Source of the DNA: a bacterium
GTDB taxonomy: Bacteria; Patescibacteriota; Minisyncoccia; Phycocordibacterales; UBA6899
Assembly (NCBI GenBank): GCA_043744555.1
Contig: JAYTUL010000042.1
Location: 5,854-69,853, forward strand
Length of the DNA: 64,000 bases
Reading direction: 5' to 3'
Below are positions 18,755 to 26,721 of the stretch, in pieces. Position 1 is the stretch's first letter, and each line of letters opens with the position of its first letter. The notes under the pieces were generated by a model that ran no database searches, was not told the origin of the DNA, and was given only the letters and a program-made list of their open reading frames with translations. A program made the translations under genes and the position numbers.

Positions 18755-19900
18755 TTAAAAGGTTGGGGTGCAAACGTAGATCAGATGATTGGAATAGTCA
18801 CTACCCGCAGCCTGTAATCCAGATATTTCTATCTTATATGCGACGCGGATCTTTCCAATATTTTGCGTTGAACCGTCTGCGGCACTCGCATTGGAGAAAA
18901 TAACTCGTGTTGTTGTCGCAAAATTACCAACATATTTTGAACCGGAAAATTCGCCAGCATTCAGGTCCGCATCATCACTTGTGACTCCCATGTGTCCATA
19001 GGTGAGCGCATTTCCTGTTGTTGCTGCTGGCGCTGTCCACACAATAGGGGTCGCCTGGCCATTTCCATCTTTGAAAGTGTATATCTGGGAGCCTGCGCTT
19101 GAGATCAGGTTTTGGTCTTCTTTAACTGTAACAACAAATCCACTCACGGCATTTGTTGTTACTGAGAGTTCTTGTCCAGCAATGATAGGCGTGGATGGGG
19201 TCAAAATTCCATAAGCAATTGCTGTTGCGCTCGTGGTGGTCGAAGTTATCTCGCCATTGACTGCCGAGCCCGAGGCAAGTCCGGTTATTGTAAAGAAAAG
19301 ACTGGTTGCGACATCAGCTGAGACGAGGACCTGATTCAAAATGACGACTCGGGTATCGCCACTGTCAGGTTGTGTGCCTGCTACGCGAACAATGTATGAG
19401 CCTGGAGTGGCGGGGTTAGTAACATGATTATTGGTGAATACGACAGTTTTATTTCCGCTCGAGACGGCGCCGCATGCGGTCAGGGTAACACTCTTATTGC
19501 CGGCTGCATTGGAGATACCACCACTTATTGAAACCTGATTCGCAGTTACTGCACCACATGCCCCCGTGGTGATCGTGAGATTGGTGGGTGTGCCTGATGT
19601 TATGACATCAGTACTTACAAGTGAGGCAAGATCAAAGGTGCTATTGCCTGGATCAAAGCTTATCTTGATGGTCTGGCCTAAAGCGAGCGCATTTGTCGCT
19701 GTCCAATTAACTGTGTAATTGGTATTAGCAGAAGGCACACTTGAAGATGCTGTGGCACTGATCGGGGTTAGCGCGGCAGCAGACGCAGTCGCAAAAATAA
19801 GCGACCATCCGCTTAGGCCTAATAATATTGAAATGATGAGCGAAAATGCGATACTCGGCGTGCTCAAAATAGACCGAATAACAAAACGGGGATAGTTCAT
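18755..19900 (-). CDS. Secreted Thr/Ser/Ala/Gly-rich cell-surface protein (beta-rich, adhesin/pilin-like)
   Basis: Signal/TM N-terminus, then low-complexity T/S/A/G/N-rich sequence of the kind seen in Ig-like surface proteins. Confidence 0.55.
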   Translation of the reverse strand: MNYPRFVIRSILSTPSIAFSLIISILLGLSGWSLIFATASAAALTPISATASSSVPSANTNYTVNWTATNALALGQTIKISFDPGNSTFDLASLVSTDVITSGTPTNLTITTGACGAVTANQVSISGGISNAAGNKSVTLTACGAVSSGNKTVVFTNNHVTNPATPGSYIVRVAGTQPDSGDTRVVILNQVLVSADVATSLFFTITGLASGSAVNGEITSTTTSATAIAYGILTPSTPIIAGQELSVTTNAVSGFVVTVKEDQNLISSAGSQIYTFKDGNGQATPIVWTAPAATTGNALTYGHMGVTSDDADLNAGEFSGSKYVGNFATTTRVIFSNASAADGSTQNIGKIRVAYKIEISGLQAAGSDYSNHLIYVCTPTF

Positions 19901-20095
19901 GTGGGGAGAACTATAGCTAGATTTATAAGTTGTGAGTATTAGATCCGTTGGGGAGATCTAATTGTTTTTCGTTACAAAAAACGTAGAAACTGGGAAATTG
20001 ACATTTGAAGCAATGCAGCATGCAGTGCAATAGATGTGTTCCCGTCGACAACAATTGGGATGGCTGTCTGTTTGAATCAGCGAAGTTTTCCTCTG

Positions 20096-20201
20096 TTATC
20101 CACAAATTTATCAATCTGCAAAAAACACTTAAACAACGCCCATTTATTATAGCGTAAACTGTGAATTACGTGTGGATAAAATGTGGAGAGAGGTGGATAA
20201 C
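20096..20201. promoter_or_regulatory. Cluster of three DnaA-box-like 9-mers (TTATCCACA at 20096, TGTGGATAA at 20170, GGTGGATAA at 20193)
   Basis: Two perfect matches and one single-mismatch match to TTATNCACA within 106 bp of AT-rich intergenic DNA. No dnaA gene is in the window. Confidence 0.4.
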
Positions 20202-20221
20202 TCTAACAAATCTTAAATTGT

Positions 20222-20965
20222 CTAACTGAGTTGAGTCGCAAGTCTGATGATGAGATATAGCGTACCCGCACCGAGTAAGGTCATCACGGTCGTCATCTGC
20301 ACAGGATGTTCGTGGTGGCTTTCTGGGAGAAGATCGCTCGGGCCGATGTACAGAAAAAATCCAGTGAAGAGCGCAAGCAAAAGTCCGAGCGTGGTATCAC
20401 TTACGGTAAAAAACATTGTCGCAATTATTCCCAAGAGGGGAGTTAGTGCATCGACAAGTAGCCAGCGAAACGCGCGGGCCTTATCGCCGTGATGTTTCAT
20501 TATAAAACTGACGGTATTGATACCGTCTGAGAAATCATGGCTCAGTACTGCAACTGCAACGACGATGCCTACTGTATTTGAAACCTTGAATGCAAGTCCA
20601 ATGCCGATGCCGTCGAGCAAGCTGTGTATCGAAAGTGTACCTGCACCGAATGCTCCACGTGCTTGTTCTCCGCTCCTTGTGACATGCGGGTCGTCCCCCT
20701 CATGATCGTGTAGGTGAAGTGTGACCATGCGGTCAAGCGTGAGGTATAGCAAGAAACCAAGCGCAATAACACCTGCTACCATCTGTGCTCCGTATGTGCC
20801 CATTGCAAGTTCGAACGCTTCCGGCATGAGATCAAAGAATGCGACGCCAATGACCGCACCTGCGGAAAAACCCAAAATGAGATGCAGTCGATCTTTGAGG
20901 TGTATAGCGAACAACCCTCCAAGGAGTGTTGCAAAAAATGTAGCGATACCGATTAGAATGATCAT
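20222..20965 (-). CDS. zupT: ZIP-family metal (zinc) permease. The ORF-track call extends N-terminally into zur; the internal start MIILIGIATFF is more likely
   Basis: HDFSDGINTVSF plus His-rich loops (HLHDHEGDDPH) and 8 TM helices. Confidence 0.8.
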   Translation of the reverse strand: MIILIGIATFFATLLGGLFAIHLKDRLHLILGFSAGAVIGVAFFDLMPEAFELAMGTYGAQMVAGVIALGFLLYLTLDRMVTLHLHDHEGDDPHVTRSGEQARGAFGAGTLSIHSLLDGIGIGLAFKVSNTVGIVVAVAVLSHDFSDGINTVSFIMKHHGDKARAFRWLLVDALTPLLGIIATMFFTVSDTTLGLLLALFTGFFLYIGPSDLLPESHHEHPVQMTTVMTLLGAGTLYLIIRLATQLS

Positions 20966-20975
20966 AGATATATAA

Positions 20976-21419
20976 TTATACTTTAACTTGTTTTGCGCAT
21001 TTTTTACAACGACCAAAGAATTCAAGCGAGTGGTCAAGAGTGCCCGCAAACTTAATCGACCTTCTGAGTACAGCTTGCTCGATAAGTGCAATATTGCATT
21101 CGGGGACATCCTCCGTCAGTCCGCATGACCTACAGATAAGATGATGATGGTGCTCAGTTTCTAGGCGCAGTTCGTAGTGGGCATGCCCATGCTGCATATC
21201 AACTTGTCTTACTACTGAAACCGCAAGCAGTGAGTCTAGCGTGCGATACACGGTTGCCTGATCAACTTTCCCACCAAGTTTTTTGAGTATCTCTTGGGTT
21301 GTGAGTGGATGATCGGCGTTTTTGAGGACAGCAAGCAACAATAGTCGTGCGGGCGTAGCTTTATAGCCGTTTTCTCTAAGAACGGCGGAAAATTTCTCAA
21401 GTGATGGTGAAGCAAGCAT
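20976..21419 (-). CDS. zur: Fur-family regulator, probably Zur
   Basis: ATPARLLLLAVL...VYRTLDSL...HHHHLICRSCG...CKKC. It sits directly upstream of the ZIP gene. Confidence 0.8.
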   Translation of the reverse strand: MLASPSLEKFSAVLRENGYKATPARLLLLAVLKNADHPLTTQEILKKLGGKVDQATVYRTLDSLLAVSVVRQVDMQHGHAHYELRLETEHHHHLICRSCGLTEDVPECNIALIEQAVLRRSIKFAGTLDHSLEFFGRCKKCAKQVKV

Positions 21420-21435
21420 GTGGGAACAATAACAT

Positions 21436-21456
21436 AAATGCGAATATTTCGCAATT
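21436..21456. promoter_or_regulatory. Candidate Zur/Fur box (AAATGCGAATATTTCGCAATT), imperfect palindrome upstream of zur
   Basis: Resembles the AAATCGTAATNATTACGATTT Zur-box architecture and lies about 20-40 nt upstream of the zur start. Confidence 0.3.
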
Positions 21457-21554
21457 ACATGTGCTCAAAAGTATAAAAATAAAAAAGTCGCCGCCTTTTT
21501 AAATATTGCCCTCGCACATACGCTAACTACCCCCACACAAAGGAATTTTGTTCG

Positions 21555-21926
21555 TTACTTCCCTGTTGTATCAGAATCAAAATGGAAACGATGGAGGAGG
21601 CGATGGAGGAGTGGAGTGAAGAGGAGTCCAGCAACACCAAGGAATGCGAGACCAGAGAAGAGTGCATATACACCGGCGAATATCTTTCCACCGTCAGTAT
21701 GGAGCTCGTTCACGGGACCCATGCCACCAAGGATCATCGAGGCGTTGAGAAACGCATCAATCCATGGTAAATGCTCAAAATGATGATAGCCAAGAATGCC
21801 CACTCCAAGCGAAGTGAAGATAAGGAGTACTGCTCCTGTTACATAGAATGTTATGCGCTGTAAAAATGCAGTGCGCGGAAGAAGTTCTTGGCCTCTGTGC
21901 TCAAGGTGGAAGGCATTCTGTTTCAT
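21555..21926 (-). CDS. Small hypothetical membrane protein (2-3 TM)
   Basis: Hydrophobic segments with no recognisable motif. Confidence 0.4.
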   Translation of the reverse strand: MKQNAFHLEHRGQELLPRTAFLQRITFYVTGAVLLIFTSLGVGILGYHHFEHLPWIDAFLNASMILGGMGPVNELHTDGGKIFAGVYALFSGLAFLGVAGLLFTPLLHRLLHRFHFDSDTTGK

Positions 21927-22012
21927 TCATATTACTATACCACGTTACAATTACTCATTAAATATGGGTTTTATTTTGCAATTTTCCCCAAAAAAACGTA
22001 CTATTTCCTCAT

Positions 22013-22549
22013 ATGAAATGTCCTACTTGCGTTACTCAATCGTTACAAGAACTCATGCTCGGAGATTCTCATGTGCATTCATGCAGAGAGTGCCGTGGTG
22101 TATGGATCGGAAAAGAAGATCTAATGAAAGGTGAAAAGATGAATCCAGAAAAGCACTGGTTGAATATCGAGCTGTGGGAAAATAAACAAAAAATAAACGC
22201 CAAAGCTTCAGAAAAGATCTGCCCTGTATGCAGTACCACACTTATGTCTATCGATCAGCATGATAGAGATTTGTCCGTCGATATGTGTAAGTCGTGTGGT
22301 GGTCTATGGCTTTCAGGTGGAGAATATCAAAAAGCGCTCGATATGCTGAAAGATGATGCAGATGGAGAGATAATGGATAACTACGCCCTAACCTTGGCCA
22401 CTCAACTAAAAGAGGTTGTTACAGGACCCAAGGATCTTACAAACGAGCTTGCAGACGTGTGGACGGTCATGAAATTCTTTCAGTGGAAAGTCGCCGCACA
22501 GCATCCTGTCCTTACTGAACTGTTTGAAGAACTGCCATTCACTCGCTAA
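22013..22549 (+). CDS. Tandem zinc-ribbon protein (zf-TFIIB-like domains)
   Basis: CPTC...HVHSCRECRGVWIGKEDL and CPVC...CKSCGGLWLSGGEY are two CxxC...CxxCxGxW modules. Confidence 0.6.
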   Translation: MKCPTCVTQSLQELMLGDSHVHSCRECRGVWIGKEDLMKGEKMNPEKHWLNIELWENKQKINAKASEKICPVCSTTLMSIDQHDRDLSVDMCKSCGGLWLSGGEYQKALDMLKDDADGEIMDNYALTLATQLKEVVTGPKDLTNELADVWTVMKFFQWKVAAQHPVLTELFEELPFTR

Positions 22550-22567
22550 CTTTTAATATTTATCTCT

Positions 22568-23170
22568 ATGATGACCCTTGCGCGTGATCTGTATAAATTG
22601 CTCCTTCCTAATGTGCAACTCAATAAGAGTCTACGTATTTTGGTGACGGTGAGTGTGCTCATGAACTTTGTTATTGGCATGTTCTCGCCGTTTTATGCGA
22701 TCTTCGTACAAAAAATAGGCGGCGATATCGCACTCGCGGGAGTAACGTGGGCGGTATTTGAGATAGTTTGTGGAGTGCTGACGCTACTGTTTACGCGCTG
22801 GTCGCTTCGTGTGAGGGAACAAGAGCTCCTCTTGGCGCTCGGCTACATTCTTCGCGCGGGAGTATTCTTAAGCTATGCTTTCATGACAACTATGCTTCAG
22901 CTCATCCTTACGCAAGTACTGTGGGGGATTGCCGCAGCCATCGGCGTGCCCGCCTTTGATGCCGTGTTTTCGTCGCATACAAGCAAAGACAGCTCCATTG
23001 CTGAGTGGGGAGGACTTGAGGGAGTGACATCAATTGCCGTCGGTGTGGCTGCACTAGTGGGTGGATATGCCATCAAGGCATTCGGATTTCAAATTATATT
23101 TTTCGGCATGTCCGCTATCTCGGTCATGCTAGCTATATACATATGGCGTCTTCCTCGCGAGGTGCTCTAG
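22568..23170 (+). CDS. Six-TM half-MFS-like protein (possible remnant of a 12-TM MFS transporter)
   Basis: 200 aa with about 6 TM helices resembling the C-terminal half of MFS permeases. No N-terminal half is upstream. Confidence 0.4.
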   Translation: MMTLARDLYKLLLPNVQLNKSLRILVTVSVLMNFVIGMFSPFYAIFVQKIGGDIALAGVTWAVFEIVCGVLTLLFTRWSLRVREQELLLALGYILRAGVFLSYAFMTTMLQLILTQVLWGIAAAIGVPAFDAVFSSHTSKDSSIAEWGGLEGVTSIAVGVAALVGGYAIKAFGFQIIFFGMSAISVMLAIYIWRLPREVL

Positions 23171-23269
23171 AATGCTTTTGAACATTCATTTTAGGAATCT
23201 CGAACATTGCCTTAGTCCAAGTCGCCACATCTCATCTCAACATGAATGTTCTGAGAAGTTTTTAGTTTA

Positions 23270-24391
23270 CTAAAGCGTCCTTAAGTAGGAGTAGCCAGTT
23301 TCGAGGCAGTTAAGGCGGAAACGTTCGGGGAGAGTGAAGCAGAATTGGCGCGCTTCTTTATCGCGATGAAAATATGAGATGAAGTCTTTTACGGCGCCGG
23401 TTACGCAATTTTTAAATTGGTTGTCATCTTGTGCCAGTGCGCAATGCGCATTTGTGCGCACGGGGTCACTCACGCTATTACCCGAGGCATCACGCCCCAC
23501 AGACTGCGCGCAGGTATCACGGAAGTCCGCATCTACACCCGCGCATAATTTGAAGGCATTCGCAAAGTCGTAGTTCGTCTGACTGAGCGCATGTGAGGTC
23601 TGCATCAAATAGCATTGCTCTTTATATTTGGCATCAACTGCATTGCACGGATACATAAGGTCGTCTTTCTTGAGATATTTTGCATAGTGATTACGATTGT
23701 CGACCATAATGTTCTCCATGAACGTACCGCCATAGCAGGATTTGCGCTCCCAATCGCCCGACAGCTGATCGCACATACTAAGGGTTTTAAAAAGCTCATT
23801 GTGGGTAAGCGCCATGAGACCGTGCCCTAATCCGTGCACGCAATTATAGTAATCAAAACTGTAGCGTTCTTTGCCTGGAATATTGGCACAAAGTGTATTT
23901 GCACTCGCCATGAACTGTAGAGCGCCAATATTCTCGACCGCACGCTCAACAACTCCATGGTAGTAACCCGACCAGCAAAAACTGTCACCGTTGAGAAATG
24001 CTTTGGTGATATTTCCGCCATAGAGTTCTGCGGCAGTGTTTCCGATCGCATGCGCAAGCTGATGGCAATCAGAAACGACCTCTCCCGTGTGAGCGAACTG
24101 TTTTTTCAAGTCACCCATGGCAACTTTGGGTCCAAGTGCGCGGGTGATGACCTCAACGTGACGCTTTTCACAAGTAAATGTCTGCGTCGCGCCTATACAA
24201 TGAATAGAAACTGCTGGAACATAAGGGGTCGAGTGGTGCGTGAGCAGGTAAATCAAAATTGCAAGAAATATCGAGACAAGTATAAGTAAAAACAGTTTTT
24301 GGGCTTTATTTTGGACTTTATTATAGAGCCTTTGCATGATGTAGATTATTGTAGCGCAAACGCACCCACCTGCAATGCGGTTATCTGGCAC
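23270..24391 (-). CDS. Membrane-anchored Cys/His-repeat protein, paralog of 3379-4496
   Basis: CHQLAHAIGNTA / CWSGYYHGVVER / CVHGLGHGLMAL / CYGGTFMENIMV in the same order and spacing as in the 3379-4496 protein, with additional C-terminal Cys pairs. Confidence 0.65.
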   Translation of the reverse strand: MPDNRIAGGCVCATIIYIMQRLYNKVQNKAQKLFLLILVSIFLAILIYLLTHHSTPYVPAVSIHCIGATQTFTCEKRHVEVITRALGPKVAMGDLKKQFAHTGEVVSDCHQLAHAIGNTAAELYGGNITKAFLNGDSFCWSGYYHGVVERAVENIGALQFMASANTLCANIPGKERYSFDYYNCVHGLGHGLMALTHNELFKTLSMCDQLSGDWERKSCYGGTFMENIMVDNRNHYAKYLKKDDLMYPCNAVDAKYKEQCYLMQTSHALSQTNYDFANAFKLCAGVDADFRDTCAQSVGRDASGNSVSDPVRTNAHCALAQDDNQFKNCVTGAVKDFISYFHRDKEARQFCFTLPERFRLNCLETGYSYLRTL

Positions 24392-24489
24392 TTACTCAAG
24401 TAGCGTTTCGAGGGCGTGCTCGAAGAGCTCGCGATAACAAATTTCAAGTTGCCGATGTGCGCAACCAAGGCTCGCGTTCTCGCATTTCA

Positions 24490-24910
24490 TGGATTCAGCG
24501 GACATTAGATTCAGGCAGATATGAATAATTTGGGTAATTCGCTTCGCGCTGCTTGGCACTTTTTTCGGCGATTGATCTATCGAACCATGGTCAGTCTGTG
24601 GCGCCTTACGAAGAGGCGATGCGCGGGAAAATTTCTTCGATGATCCCCTTAGTACGAGCAGTAAATGTCGCAATATACAAAGCCTTGCCACTCAAGTCCG
24701 ATCGCCCGATTCCACTTTATCTTATTGGGATACAGCGCAGGTGCAATTGCGCTCCTTACGTTCTTGCAGCACTTTCCGTCAGTTCAAAAGTACATAGCGG
24801 GAATCGTGATCGTAGGCGGTGCATTTCAGGTCGACCACACTGCGCGGGCGTGGCTTCTTGAGCATTCTTACCTTGCACGACTGGTAAACAAGCTCATGTT
24901 TTGGGAATAA
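24490..24910 (+). pseudogene. Frameshifted N-terminal remnant of an alpha/beta-hydrolase
   Basis: Frame 1 reads ...AIDLSNHGQSVAPYEEAM...SDRPIPLYLIG and frame 2 reads ILLGYSAGAIALLTFLQ...IVIVGGAFQVDH. Together they give DxxxHGxS plus the GYSAG nucleophile elbow. The C-terminal half is absent. Confidence 0.5.
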
Positions 24911-25007
24911 ACACCGCCTTATCTGAGGTAGTTTTTATTTTTTAGATCATAACATGATACACTCATCAAACATTTAGTAGGTGGTCTTTATAAAATATTT
25001 TTATATG

Positions 25008-25373
25008 TTGAACGAATTTAAAGCATTTGCGATGAAGGGGAATGTCATTGATCTGGCGATCGGTGTCGTCATTGGTGGCGCGTTTGGTGCAATCGTTTCC
25101 TCTCTTGTCGGCGATATTATTATGCCGCTAATTGGCGCAATCACTGGTGGTATTGATTTTTCGGGACTCCACGTTTCTATAGGTAGTGCTTCTATCGCTT
25201 ATGGAAAGTTCATTCAGTCCGCGTTCATTTTTGTCATCGTTGCGTTTGTGCTTTTTATGGTAGTGAAGGCTATGAATAAAATGAAGAAAGAAGATGAAAA
25301 ATTACCTGAGGTTAAAGCGGATTCCGCTGAATTTAAGGTCCTGATAGAGATCCGAGACCTTCTAAAGAAATAA
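25008..25373 (+). CDS. mscL: Large-conductance mechanosensitive channel
   Basis: [44 protein letters not shown] matches the MscL N-terminus and TM1. Confidence 0.85.
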   Translation: MNEFKAFAMKGNVIDLAIGVVIGGAFGAIVSSLVGDIIMPLIGAITGGIDFSGLHVSIGSASIAYGKFIQSAFIFVIVAFVLFMVVKAMNKMKKEDEKLPEVKADSAEFKVLIEIRDLLKK

Positions 25374-25400
25374 GTAATACCTTTATGCTATAGTCAGAGT

Positions 25401-26030
25401 ATGGCATCGCTTATACTCTTAATCCAGAATTACGGATATATACTCGTTTTTTTCTTTACTCTTCTTGAGGGTGAAACTATTGTTGCACTCGCAGGTTTTG
25501 TCGCGTATCAGGGCTACCTCAATATCTACGTTGTTGTACTTGTGGCAATATGTGGAGCTGTCATAGGAGATCAAGGGTATTTCTATTTAGGGCGATATAA
25601 GGGGAAACAATTTCTTTCCTCAAGGCCGAAACTCCTTGCGCGCGTCACGCGCATTCATGGACTTATAGAACGCCATCAAAATTGGCTGATGTTCGGCTCG
25701 CGTTTCATGTACGGATTTCGTATCGCACTTCCTATCGCCTTTGGCACTGCTAATATCAAGCGTTTGAAGTATCTGGGTTTTAATTTTATGGGTGCAATAC
25801 TTTGGAGTGTATTCTTCGCAGTCGGGGGATATATCCTAGGTGATGCGATCGAACGATTTATCGTGCATGTACAACGGGCAGAAAAATTCATCGTTCTGGG
25901 TGTTATCGTCAGTATCGCTTTAGTGCAGACGATCATGTTCTTGCGCCGACGCATCACATCGCGGCTTGAAGCAGAAGAGGAGAGGGCAGAAAGTGCGAGA
26001 AATGCTTCTTCGGAACCACCACTACCGTAG
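25401..26030 (+). CDS. DedA/TVP38 family membrane protein
   Basis: YILVFFFTLLEGETIVALAGFVAYQGYLN and the topology are typical of DedA. Confidence 0.8.
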   Translation: MASLILLIQNYGYILVFFFTLLEGETIVALAGFVAYQGYLNIYVVVLVAICGAVIGDQGYFYLGRYKGKQFLSSRPKLLARVTRIHGLIERHQNWLMFGSRFMYGFRIALPIAFGTANIKRLKYLGFNFMGAILWSVFFAVGGYILGDAIERFIVHVQRAEKFIVLGVIVSIALVQTIMFLRRRITSRLEAEEERAESARNASSEPPLP

Positions 26031-26073
26031 CTGACTGCCAAAGACTCATATTCTCCATGTTATACTTTCACTA

Positions 26074-26715
26074 ATGGATAATGGCTCTTCGCGCTCGCTT
26101 CTCACCGCACTTCTTTTTGCGTATCTTCTTTTGTGCATAGTGCTTGCAATCCACCCCATCGATAGGACAACCTGGTTCGTCGAGAACATAACGGTGTGGA
26201 TCATTGTCGCAACTATAGCCGTTTTATATATCCGTGGCATTCGTTTTTCAAACACGGCCTACCTCTTGATGTCAGCACTCATCTATCTACACACCATCGG
26301 AGGGCACTACACCTTTGCGCTGGTGCCCTTTGATCGCGTGACTGAATTTTTTGGTCTTGACCGCAATAATTTTGACCGCATTGCCCACTTCTCTGTGGGG
26401 TTCTATGCGTACGCTATCGCCGAGTGGCTATGGACGAAACGCTTGGTACGGAGCAGGTTTTTGCTTGCGACATACCCCATCTTTGCTATTGCAACGGTGG
26501 CAATGAGCTATGAGGTCATCGAATGGATCTATGCAGTCGTAAATGATCCCGCCGCTTCCGCCGCGTACCTCGGAAGCCAAGGTGATATTTGGGATGCACA
26601 AAAAGACATGCTTGCCGATATGCTGGGCGCATTCACAGCAACAGCTTTTTTCTTTTGGATGCACGGCGTGAAGCGGATCAAGAGTGAACTCTCCCTTACG
26701 CATCAACTTGGCTGA
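26074..26715 (+). CDS. Polytopic membrane protein (DUF2238/YjdF-like)
   Basis: The HTIGGHYTF motif and 6 TM helices. The family assignment is from memory. Confidence 0.4.
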   Translation: MDNGSSRSLLTALLFAYLLLCIVLAIHPIDRTTWFVENITVWIIVATIAVLYIRGIRFSNTAYLLMSALIYLHTIGGHYTFALVPFDRVTEFFGLDRNNFDRIAHFSVGFYAYAIAEWLWTKRLVRSRFLLATYPIFAIATVAMSYEVIEWIYAVVNDPAASAAYLGSQGDIWDAQKDMLADMLGAFTATAFFFWMHGVKRIKSELSLTHQLG

Positions 26716-26721
26716 ACCGAT

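Noticed and set aside
24392-24691. 99-aa minus-strand ORF between the Cys/His paralog and mscL
   Set aside because: It overlaps the frameshifted alpha/beta-hydrolase remnant on the opposite strand and has no motif, so it is probably noise within decaying sequence.
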